From NCBI GenBank assembly GCA_965240325.2, contig OZ251223.1, forward strand, positions 3,534,001 through 3,598,000: 64,000 nucleotides of DNA, written 5' to 3'. Origin of the DNA: Rebecca billardiae RCC1528. Lineage: Eukaryota > Protista > Haptophyta. The notes under the pieces were generated by a model, which was not told the DNA's origin, made no database searches, and worked only from the letters and a program-made list of their open reading frames with translations. Positions 11,705-22,461 of the stretch are shown here, piece after piece (the first letter of the stretch is position 1; each line of letters opens with the position of its first letter). The position numbers were made by a program, and so were the translations under genes.

Positions 11705-14700
11705 CTTGTCGCCGCCGCCGCTGCCGCCCGTGCCCGTGCGCATGCCGACGCCCATGCTCGAGGCCATCGGTCCCTCGTCGTCGTCGTCGGAGCCGAACAT
11801 GCCGTCCAGGGTCATCCTCCCGCCACGACCGCCAGCCTGAGGCGCAGGTGCGGCGGGCTCCCCGGCGGGCTCGGAGTCGGGCTCGCTGGTGGCCTCGCTC
11901 GCGTCACGAGCTTCGGAGTCGGGCTCGCTCGGCGCATCCACCCTCGCCATGGGCACCTTCTTGACGGCGTTGCTCAACGTGACCTCGGCAGGTTGGACGA
12001 GGGCGAGCGCGGCGGCGGCGTCGCTCAAGTACGCGTGCAGCGAGCGGATCTCGTCTCCGCCGACCTCGCGCTGCAAGCGGTTCACGTCGCGCATGCGCAC
12101 CGTCCCACGGCCGCGTGGATCAAACACCTTGTTCAACTTGCAGATGGCCTCCGCCGCCGCCGCCAGCGCCTGCGGAACCTGCTGCTGCTGGCCATTCGAC
12201 GACGAGCCGCCATCCTCGATCGCCGACGCCGGGGTGGGGCCGATCTCGGGAGTCCGGCGCTGGCGCTGGCTGCCGCCGTCGCCCGCGGCGCTCGCCTCGG
12301 CGGAGTGGCGCGCGAGGATCTCGATGAAGAGCCTGGACGTGAAGAGGATCGAGCATCCGAGCTCGGAGAAGAAGACGGGCTTGGACACCGAGCCGAACTG
12401 GGGCGCCTTGTTCATCTCGGCCAGCGCGTGGCCGAGCGAGCTGCGCCGACTCGTCGACGGCATGGCGTTGCCGTTGAAGCCCGAGGCGGGGGGGTCGTCG
12501 TTCAGCAAACTCTCGCCGGACTCGACCGCTTGGCGTGCCATCTGCTTCATGCGGTAGCGCGCACGCAGGCTCGGGCTGCCCATGGACATGCGCGAGCCGC
12601 CACCGCGCGGCGCCATGCGCGGCGTGGTGCTGGTCGTTGGCGGCCTGCTGCCACCTTGGGGGCGCACGTCGGTGGAGAGCTTCTGGGCGACGGCAAAGAG
12701 CGAGGCCCCCGTGATCGAGCCGCGGCGCATCATCTCCGCCAGGGCGGGGTCCTCGCGCGAGCGCAAGATCATCGCCGCGGCCGCGTCGAGCTCCTCGTCA
12801 CCAGAATCGCCGCCGTCGCCGTCGCGCTGCGGGGCGCTCCGGCCGGCAAAGCGCGCCACCTCGCGGTACACCTCGTCGACCACGTCCGACGCCTGCGCGT
12901 CGGTGAGGCCGCAGTCGCCGGTGAGAAGCTCCTTGAGCGCCTTCTCCTCGGCGCGCACCCGCTTGGCGCGCGAGAGGTGCTCGAACGTGTCTGCCGCCAG
13001 CCGCGACTGGAATGCCTCGCGCAGCATCACGAGGCCCTCCTCGGCGCTGGGCAGGCGGAGGATGAACTGAAAGAAGTTCTTGCTCGAGTTGTCCGCGCCC
13101 TGCGTCGGCGAGCCCGCCACCTCGCCCGCCGTCTCGCTCGCCTCCGAGTCCGAGCCGTCGTCGTCGTCGAGGTCGTCGAGGTCCTGCTCCGACTCCGAGT
13201 CCGAGTGCTCGGCGTACGTGTCGAGCCACGCGTCCGTGCGGCGGAAGAGCGCGCGGTGCAGCGTGCGCGAGGTCTTGTTGAGGGCGTGCAGCTCCTCCGC
13301 CAGCTCCTTGAACGCGAGGCCGCTCATGTGGCGCAGCTCGAGCTTGAGCTTGCGGTAGCGGTGCCGGCTCTCGGAGCGCGCCTTGAGCTTGCGGTCGATG
13401 TCGTACACCTTCAGCTGGCGCGCCTGGTCGTACACGGCCTTGATCTCGGGGTCGCGCGCGTACTGCTCGGGCAGCTCGGCGCCGCACACGCGGATGAGCA
13501 TCGCCGCCATCTCGGCCGAGTGCCGCAGCGCCTCGACGAGCGGCGGCGCCCCCCAGCGGTCCTTGGCCATCACGTCCGCGCGCGCGCTGATCAGCACGCT
13601 CGCCGCCGAGATGGAGCCGGTCGACGCGACGACGTGGAAGGGCGAGCGGTGGTCGTAGTCGGCGGCGTCGATGCAGATGCCCATGTCGACGAGGAAGCGC
13701 ATGGCCTCGATGTCCACCGCCTGCGCCGCCTCGCGCAGCGCGGCCGCCATCCGCAGAGGGTCGGCCTGCGAGTTGGAGCCGGCGAGGAGGCGCGCCGCGT
13801 GCAGGTGCTGGTTGCTGATCGCGTCGTCGAGCGGCGTGCGCCCGCGGAGGTCTCGCGCGTTGACGTCGGCGAGGTGGCCGACGAGGTGCTCGACGACGCG
13901 CACGTTGCCCTCCGCGGCGGAGAGGTGCAGCGCCGTGCGCTTGTCGTAGTTGGCGGCGTTGATCTCGCAGCCGTGCTGGAGCAGCATGGTGATGAGCGGG
14001 AGGTCGCCCGAGCTCGCCGCCTGCAGCATCCACGTCGTCATCTGCTCGTTGTCGAGCACGGCGCCGTACTCGGAGAGGACCTCGACGACCGTCTCCTGCC
14101 GGAGCTCGAGCGCGTCGCGCATCGGCGTCGCGCCCCACCGGTCGCGCACGTTCACGTCCACGCCGAGCTCGCAGAGCAGCTCGAGCACCTTGCGGTTGCC
14201 CTCGGCCGCGGCGAGGTGGAGCGTGGTGCGCTGGTCGTACCCGGCCATGTTGAGGTCGAAGCCGCGGGCGGCGAGCGCGCGGACGGACTCGACGTCGCCC
14301 GACATCGCGGCGGTGGTCAGCTGCACGAAGGCCGCCTGGTTGCGCTCGGAGATCGCCTTGCGGATCATCGCGCGCAGCTCGACGTGCTCGGGGTCCTCGT
14401 CCTCCGTGCGCAGGCCGGTCGCGAGGTCGTGGCCCTGCTTGCTCAGGTTGAACTTGCGCAGGATGATCTGCACGATCGCGTCGGCCTGCTCGGGGTACGA
14501 CTCGATGATGGTCTCGTAGTCGTCCACCGGGAGCGTGAGCAGCGTGACGTAGCCGCTCGCCGTCGCGACGACCGTGTAGGGCTGCGCGCGCGCGCGCGCA
14601 GCCGGCCGCGCGAGCGGTCGGGAGCAAAGCGCGCGCGCGCCAGCGGGCGCAAGCGGTCAGCGGCTCGCCATCGGTCGGCCTTTGGGCGGGCGCGGCGCGG

Positions 14701-16371
14701 GTACGCTGCGGGGCGCTCGCGCGCGCGCGCGCGCACCTGGTGGATGCCGATGAAGAAGGCGAGCTCGCCCACCACCTGGCCCGGCCCGAGGTCGGAGCGG
14801 ACGGTCGCGATGCGCTCGTCGCCCCTCTTCACGTGCAGCGAGCCGCCGATGCACCAGATGAGCTCGGCGGCGCCCTCGCCCTGCGCGATGATGCGCTCGG
14901 AGGGCATCACGAAGCGCTCCTTGAGCACGAGCACCACCTGGTTGAGGAACTGCGCCGAGCACGAGTTGAAGATCCACGTGCCCTGCATCTCGTCCAGGTA
15001 CTGCGCGGCCGCGACCTGCGTGCGCAGCGACGGCGGGAGCTGCTCGAAGATCTGCGCCGTGCTCGAGGCCTGCTTGCCGTGCTGGAACTCGAAGTGCGAG
15101 CGGATGCTCGACGCCACCGCCGGCGGCAGCGCGCGCGAGTGCACGTACTCGTCGATGGCCTTGAGCAGCTCGCGGAAGCGCACGGTGTTCTCGTCCACGC
15201 GCACCAGATAGTGGAAGAGCGTGCCGAGCACGAACGCGTAGAAGACGATCTGCGCGATCATGAGGAGGATCGAGAAGTTCTTCTCGCTCTCGCGCGCGGT
15301 GAGGATGATCGACGCGTACCCCATCGACGTGAAGCCCGCCCACGCCATGTACGCCGACATCATGTACTGGCCGAACGCGGACGCGCTCGTCGGCTCGAAG
15401 TAGTGGTTGCCCGTGAAGTGAGGGAACTGCGCCGACCACGACGGCATCGTGTGGCTGTCCGCGTCCCAGTCGGCGAGCACCCACCAGATGCACGCCGCCC
15501 AGTGCGGCACCGAGATCAGCACAAGGCAGAACTTGAAGACCGCGACGAAGGTGACGTTCGCGTTGAGGTCGGTCGTGAGCTCCTGCACGAGCTGCGTGAG
15601 GTCGTACGCGCGCATGCACCGCACGACCTGCGCGGCCATCCACGCCGTCTGGTCGCCGGTGAAGACGAAGAGGACGCGCGCGGCGTGGAGCACGACGACC
15701 GTGAGCACGTCGCGCGCGATCCGGCGCGGGGTCAGCTTCGGGAGCGATGCGGTCGCCTCCTCCTCCTCGACCGCGGCCGCGCCCTGCGAGCCGGCGCGCT
15801 GAGCGCGCGCCGCCCCCAGAGCCATCAGCGCGCGCCGGCGGCTCACGTTGATCAGGAAAGCGATCTCGTAGATGTCGACGACGATGTCGAGGACGATGAC
15901 GCCGACGTCCATCAGCATCGCCTTGGCGAAGGCGAAGCGCAGCGGGATGAGCAACTCCTCCACGGCCAGCACGCCCGGCCGCAGGGCGCCGAACCGGCGG
16001 AGCGTGTTGCGCAGCACCTCGCTGTCGAGCTTGGAGAGCAGGCGCTTCTGCTCGCCCTGCGACTCGAGGCGGGCGGTCTCCTCATCCGTGCTGATCACCA
16101 CCTTCCAGGTCACGCGCCGCTGCTCGCCGCGCCGCCGCCCGGCCTTGTGCTTGAGGATCGGCTTGTGGGGCGTCGCCTTCTTCTTCGGGCTCGACGTGCC
16201 AAACGGCCCGACGGGCAGGAGCGCGATCGACCCCTGGTGGTCGTCCGCGCCGTGCGACAGGCGCCCGCCACCGCTCAGCCGCTTGGCGAAGGACACGGAG
16301 GCCCGCTTGATCCCGCCGCCGAGCCCGCCGCCGCGCGACGGCTTCGAGGAGTCGCCAGCGTCCTCGCCCAT
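1..16371 (-). CDS. Giant ion channel-photoreceptor fusion: 6TM Shaker/SKOR-like channel + cNMP-binding domain + ankyrin repeats + linker + (LOV-RGS-LOV)x6 + 13th LOV; 3'-partial; exons 16371-14737 and 14581-<1
   Basis: Exon 1 is ORF 14443..16413 from ATG 16371, with TM helices, pore FTSMGYAS, S6 AQIVFYAFVLGTL, C-linker and cNBD VVGELAFFIGIHQ. Removing GT..AG intron 14736-14582 gives HQ|PYTVVAT, matching SKOR-type QPYTV. Manual translation of exon 2 found no stop, and all landmark codons share one frame (first base 1 mod 3). It passes through ankyrin motifs (YDQRTTLHLAAAEG, DRWGATP, YDKRTALHLSAAEG) and 13 GRNCRFLQG motifs. Confidence 0.88.
13520..14330 (-). other. Ankyrin repeat domain of the channel (about three tandem ANK pairs plus flanking helices; approximate bounds)
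   Basis: GYDQRTTLHLAAAEGN/DRWGATPM, NYDKRTALHLSAAEGN/DLRGRTPL, DYDHRSPFHVVASTGS/DRWGAPPL. Confidence 0.9.
14582..14736 (-). other. Spliceosomal intron (155 nt, phase 0) in the channel cNBD
   Basis: Minus strand CAG|GTGCGCGC...CGCGCGCAG|CCCTAC; removal restores the cNBD and ankyrin reading frame. Confidence 0.9.
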
Positions 16372-18242
16372 GGTCAGTGTGCCCGTCCGGGGCGCCGATG
16401 CGGCCCGCACCAAATGTTCGCGCCCGACCGCAATAGCTAAAGACGGGCGGGCGCGCGGGCGCGAACTTGTGAATCAAATCTCGCCTGATGTGACCGTGAC
16501 CTAAACCGATTATTAGCCGAAGCGCTTTCGCATCATCATCATCTCGCGCCCACCCTCTCAATATCTCCACGAGCTCTCGCGAAGGTTTCGTCCGCTTTTC
16601 CCGCCTCCGCGTGGCAATAATAATAGAGTTGCGACGATGCACATGGCGTCGACGCGTCGTCTGGAGATCCCCGATTCCCCCGCCGGTTCGCACTCAGGGC
16701 CCTCAAATGCCGTGCTGACCGTTTCATCGAGGCCATTAGTCTACTCTACAAGTGACTACAACGAATGTACTAGATGAGATGCCGGTTCGCAAGGCTACCT
16801 GAGCGCAAAGGTATCTGAGCGAGTCAATGTCTCAATGACCCTGCCTGGATCGAGCGCGTCGGACTCACCCAGCACGGGCCGGCACGGGCGCAGCACAGCC
16901 GCGATGACAACTTGCTGCGCTAAGTCAGCCGTGTCGGCCCGCGGCGGCGGGTCAATACCGCGAATACGTGTGCATACCGCGGTAAGCTAGTTTGACCTGA
17001 TTAGGCCCGCGACCCGACACTCGTCGCCACCGTGCCGATATGCGCGCCGACGGACTGGCACCGGGCCCGGGGCAGGCTCCGCGCCGAGCGGCACAATGCG
17101 TGCTTTCCGCCCCGCAGTCCGAGACCGCCGAGAGTCCGCGGCGGGGACTCGCCCAGACACGCGTGGGGGCTGCCGTCTACTCACAAAGAATACAGTCCGG
17201 CCGTCCCGGGGCCTGCATCCGCCCATAGATCCAGTCGATGGGCGCAGGTCGGCCGTGAAAACTCGGTCCGGGTGAAGTCTACTAGCTGGCAGTGGCAGTC
17301 TGGCAGCAGTATCAATCAGCCTCAGGCGGCCATGCGGCCGTGCGCGGCCGCGGCCGCGGCGGACGGCGTCACCCCGCCCACCCGCGGCGGCAGTCCGTGT
17401 CGCAGTGTGAGAGTGGGAGCCGTCGCCGCCATCATCCGACTACTCTGTCTGAGCAACCTAGTGTCCGAGTAGGCGGTCTGTCTCGTCGGTTGTCTACTCC
17501 ACCGGGCCGAACGTCTACTATTGTACCGCTAAGCTAACTAATTGCGGCGTATCCGAGTCGGTCTGCTGCTTGCCAGCTTGGCCCAGTATTAGCCTGGCCC
17601 TGGGCCTCAGTGATCTTCGGCCACGGGCCGCCCGCCACCAGTGACCAGGGCTACGCGCCTAAAGGGCCGGGCCGCGTCACTGGCGGCCATTAGGGTTCTT
17701 ATTAGCTAATGACCTTAGCTACAGTTGTAAACTGCCTTTTATACTACGGTTACACTTATGCAGAACTCCGGGGACTCGGGAACTCGACCGTAACCTGTCC
17801 GCGGTCCGGTAGCTACGGCTTGAGTCCGCACTGACCGGTCCGTTAGCTACGGACTAGAGCTCTACATACGGTCTGTCCGTGCACCGTCGAGCGTCTCCGC
17901 GCGGACCGTGAGTGAGTCGTGACTCACGGCGTTACCGTTTACTCGATCGGTCTCGTTGAATAATACTCGGCCCGAGTCGGCCTGTCGTCGGCGCGTTTAT
18001 TAGTGCGGGCCGCGCGGGTCGTAAAACGACTGATGCTAAAGAGTCCTGCGGCGCGCCGCGGCGTCAGGCGTGCTGGCTGGCGCCGTGCACGGCCCTGGCG
18101 CGCCAGCGCCACGGTGAGTCCTCGTCGAGACCGCCGGTCGGAACTTATTACTGAATTATCACTTGATCCGCATGCAGCGGAACCGTGAAACTCGACTGAT
18201 GGTCACGCCGGAGGGTCACGCCGGCGAACGCCAGTTATAAAT

Positions 18243-18245
<3 letters not shown>

Positions 18246-18289
<44 letters not shown>
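18246..18289. repeat. (AT)n microsatellite
   Basis: About 22 AT copies, read directly. Confidence 0.95.
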
Positions 18290-18291
<2 letters not shown>

Positions 18292-18857
18292 CATACCACG
18301 TCGTTCATAATATATATATTGCTTTTAATTGGTTAATATATATACTACTTATGAATTATTGCGCCCGCGATCCGCTCACGGTCATGGATGGCCGATTGCG
18401 GGACTAGCCGAGCCGCGACGGGTCGACGACATTCGCACGCGTCAGGCGCAGTCTGACAGCGCAGTACGGCTATAGTGACACTGATAGCGCGGCCCCCGCC
18501 GGGCGCGCGGCCGCTGGCGAGCCAGAGTCGGTGCTGATCGGTCCAGAAGGCATAAGCGGCTGGTAAGCTAACGGCCGGATAGTATCGCGGAACCGTAGTC
18601 GCCGCCGACAGGCACCCAGGCCTATCAGCCCAAACAGCCCGCGACACAAACCTGCCACTGTCCTCGCGACAGAACGCGTGCTTGAAGAGGCCCAAGCACC
18701 GAGAAAGTTCATAGGCTTCGATCATTATGAGACAGTGCCAGCCACAGGCAGCACGGATGCGGCCTCCGACTCCGAGCCCGTGCCGCCAACCGCATTGTCT
18801 GAAGCCGAGCACCACGAGTTCACAGTCGCTGCAGGAGACCTGACACACTGGCGCCCA

Positions 18858-19292
18858 TCAGAGCCCGCGGCGTTCGAGCGCCGCAAGCCGCTTCTCGCGG
18901 TCAGACATGGCGGTGCCCTCCGCTGATGCGCCGCCGACCGTCTGCCCCTCACCGGCCGATGACCACTTGTCGCCGCCATGCTGCTGGACCATGGCGCGCA
19001 GCGCGGCTTCGTTCGCGCCGCGGATCATGCCAACTTCCTGCTTGTCCTTGTACGTCTTGAACGTCGGCATGGCCGAGATGCCACACGCAGCTGCAGTCTC
19101 TTGGTTCTCATCCACATCAACCTTGACAAAGACAACATGCGGGAACTCCTCCTGCAGCTTCTCGAAGACCGGAGCGATCATCTTGCATGGACCGCACCAC
19201 GTTGCCGTGAAGTCGACGACCACCGCGCGGCCCTCGGCTGCCGCCTTCGCGAGGGCGTCGTCGAACTCCGCTTTCGTGGCGAGCTGCCGCAT
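18858..19292 (-). CDS. TRX: Thioredoxin (WCGPC) with short C-terminal tail; an alternative in-frame ATG lies at 19406 inside the adjacent TIR
   Basis: VVVDFTATWCGPCKMIAPVF...VFVKVDVDE...ISAMPTF. Confidence 0.93.
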   Translation of the reverse strand: MRQLATKAEFDDALAKAAAEGRAVVVDFTATWCGPCKMIAPVFEKLQEEFPHVVFVKVDVDENQETAAACGISAMPTFKTYKDKQEVGMIRGANEAALRAMVQQHGGDKWSSAGEGQTVGGASAEGTAMSDREKRLAALERRGL

Positions 19293-19398
19293 ATTGCCAC
19301 CGTCGTTCGGGCGGGGCGGTGGGCGTGGCTTCGCAGGCGGCGGAGGCGGCTGATCCGCTCCCGGTGGGTAAACCCGCCGCCACGGCCGCAAAATGGCG

Positions 19399-22300
19399 GA
19401 GGCCATTCCACCGAAATCAGCCGGCGGCGGGTGGGGACCCCAGAAGCGCCTTCGGGTGGGGAGGTCCCCACCCGAGCGCGCACTCGGGTGGGGAGGGCGA
19501 GCTCCGCAGTGCGCGGCCGCCGGCGACGCGCACCGCGGTCGTCGCTCGAGTCTCCGCGGCGCGCGCGCGAGTCTGCGCGGCCCGCGCGCGCGTCCTACGG
19601 GCGCGCACGGCCAATCTGCCCTCGCGCGCCGCTGGCTGCGCGCCTCTCCGCCGCTCACGCCGCTCGCCAATGGCCCGCGACTGCGCGTCGGCACGTTTGT
19701 CCGCTGCGGCCGACCGCGAACGCGCACAGGCGGGCACAAGGAAGTCGGACGATGATTTGCTGTCGTGTTGTGCGCGGACCATGTGTATGCGCTTCGCCCA
19801 GCCGCGCGCGTCGGTCGCGCACGCCGACCAAGGCGAGCTCGAGCGCGCGCGCAAGCTGGCGCTCGCGCGTTTTGGACCCATGAAGGTGCCAGCGACTCGA
19901 GCGCGCCCAAGCGTCGGTAGAGCGCGCGCCGCGCTCGCGCGAGGAGCTGTGTGGTCGCAGATCGCCCGCACGCTTGCGCCCTGGGCGATCCGCGCCCTCG
20001 CATGCGCCAGCCGCGCGAGGCAGCGGCGCGTCGCACATGCCGGCACCTGTAGCCTACTCGATGCCATTAGACAACGGTGCTAGTCAGTCTGAGTCATAGG
20101 CTGAGACAAGGGGACAGCATGCTCGCGGGACCAAGAGCGTGTCAGACGCGGGCATTGTCACTTGAATATTGGCGCAGGTACGCTAGTTTCGGCAGTACAT
20201 TGTACGCACGCGTCGCGGCCACACCTCGTTGCATCTTGGCCGCCTGCGCTGTGGTCGACAGCGCCGTTCACAGCGAGCACATTGTCACACAGCGCCGCCT
20301 CAGACGCACGCCACTCCCGAATTGGCCACGTGCTGTGCCACTCACTCTGGCTGGTAAGCGCGCAAGAAGGCTGTGCGCGCAGAGTGTGTCCAGCTGCGCC
20401 GTGTTCCCGAGCACGGACCGCAGCAGCTGGGAGTTGGCGCAGGAGTCCGGACTGCGTGGCGCTGGCGCGGCGAATGCGCATCGGTGCGGCGATGGCGGTG
20501 CGTCAGGCACCGCCGATGGCTCCGCGGCGGCAAGTTCGTCCGGCATAGCCATCAGCTCTGTCTGAGACACTTCAGGCGCAATGACCGCACGCGCTCGTCA
20601 AGGCAACCGCATTGGCATCCAAGTCGTCCACGGCGGCAGCCTGGCACTGACTGGGACGACAAAGGCGCGGCGTCAGAGGCACTGAGTCGACACGACCGTG
20701 GCCGCCCGTGCCACCTCTTCGCCGCCGACACGCCGTCAACCGAAGATGAAGGGGCTGCTCGCAGCCGCCGAGGCCGCCGTTAGCCGGTCTACCATCCTCT
20801 GCGTGCAGACTGCCACGAGGATGCGTGGGCTGCGGCCTGCGAGCACCGGCCGTCAGGCGGCCAGCCACCGCGGCGGCCGCAGGCCGATGCTGCTGATAAA
20901 AGCGCGGCGGCGCTGCGCGGCCCAGCGCAGCCCGTGTGACCTGAGCCTTGCGCGCCACGGCAGGCCGCGGCGGCGACAGGCCAAGTGGGCCGCGCGCGCG
21001 CGTCGCCGCGAGCCACCACGGCCATCGGACTCGGTCTCATCCAGAGTCTCGCCGCAGTCAGCGGGCGGGCGCCGACGGGCCCGCCGACCGATCCCAGGGC
21101 AGGCGGCCGCGCGGCCGAGGCCGGTCCGCTGCGATGGCATGCGCCGTGCAGCCCGCACCGAGTGCGGTTCAATCACGACCACGACAGAAAGCTGCTCAGA
21201 GGCGTCGTACGTCAAGCCCCGTGCTCCATGCTGAGCCATCGTCACGGCGCCTGCCATACATCAACGGCTGAGGGCCCTTGCCACTGAGTCGTCATCGCAG
21301 CATGAGTCGATCAATCAACACGCATCGTTGCCGCCTAGCGCCCAAGTTGCTCCTCGCCCACGCTCGCGTCTGCATCGATGCTGTGCAGAGCAGCACTCCT
21401 TCGGCTATCGCTGGCGTTAATTGCGAACTGCGCACGCAGCGAATCCATTCGAGGTGAGTACGCGTCGCGCTGAACGCCCGAGTCAGTACCGGCCTGTACG
21501 CGTCCTCGGCATGACAGCCGGAGACGATGGTGGTGTCGTGTGGCGACTGGATGCGCAACCCTCACCTGGCGACAGCAACGCAGCGCGGACTTGGGGAGTC
21601 TGTCGTGACGATTCTGCTGATGTGCTATCCAAAGACGAAGCACGTGCGAGGATCAGAAGAGGCTTAGGTGCGCCACCGCGCTGGTACACAACCTACCCGT
21701 TCAAGTGTACGCCCTGCGCGCCGTCCGCATCCTCGCGCAGGCTAGCACACAGCTGAGGCTCAGAGGCACACCAGCTGCGGCCGCTGCACGCAGGCTTGGC
21801 GCGCGCCGCGCTCGCGCGGCCGGCATGTGCGACGCGCCGCTGTCTCGCGCGGCTGGCGCATGCGAGGGCGCGGATCGCCCAGGGCGCAAGCGTGCGGGCG
21901 ATCTGCGACCACACAGCTCCTCGCGCGAGCGCGGCGCGCGCTCTACCGACGCTTGGGCGCGCTCGAGTCGCTGGCACCTTCATGGGTCCAAAACGCGCGA
22001 GCGCCAGCTTGCGCGCGCGCTCGAGCTCGCCTTGGTCGGCGTGCGCGACCGACGCGCGCGGCTGGGCGAAGCGCATACACATGGTCCGCGCACAACACGA
22101 CAGCAAATCATCGTCCGACTTCCTTGTGCCCGCCTGTGCGCGTTCGCGGTCGGCCGCAGCGGACAAACGTGCCGACGCGCAGTCGCGGGCCATTGGCGAG
22201 CGGCGTGAGCGGCGGAGAGGCGCGCAGCCAGCGGCGCGCGAGGGCAGATTGGCCGTGCGCGCCCGTAGGACGCGCGCGCGGGCCGCGCAGACTCGCGCGC

Positions 22301-22461
22301 GCGCCGCGGAGACTCGAGCGACGACCGCGGTGCGCGTCGCCGGCGGCCGCGCACTGCGGAGCTCGCCCTCCCCACCCGAGTGCGCGCTCGGGTGGGGACC
22401 TCCCCACCCGAAGGCGCTTCTGGGGTCCCCACCCGCCGGCTGATTTCGGTGGAATGGCCTC
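19399..22461. mobile_element. Putative non-autonomous DNA transposon with ~645-bp terminal inverted repeats and candidate TSD TGGCG
   Basis: 19399-20044 is the near-perfect reverse complement of 21819-22461 (one 3-nt indel and at least one SNP seen). TGGCG flanks both sides (19394-19398, 22462-22466). No transposase is recognisable in the 1.77-kb interior. Confidence 0.7.

Noticed and set aside
12798-14627. 609-aa minus ORF as a separate gene
   Set aside because: Alternative frame overlapping the ankyrin-encoding frame; low-complexity Arg/Ala/Gly translation.
16440-18240. RNA genes or a TE in the long intergenic region upstream of the channel
   Set aside because: No tRNA, rRNA or snRNA signature, terminal repeats or coding signal could be identified by eye.
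18858-20036. 392-aa extended thioredoxin
   Set aside because: The extension starts at a non-ATG codon and reads through the TIR, which gives the same translation at 21827-22483.
20045-21818. Transposase or captured gene inside the TIR element
   Set aside because: No DDE, zinc-finger or other recognisable motif; only short GC-driven ORFs.
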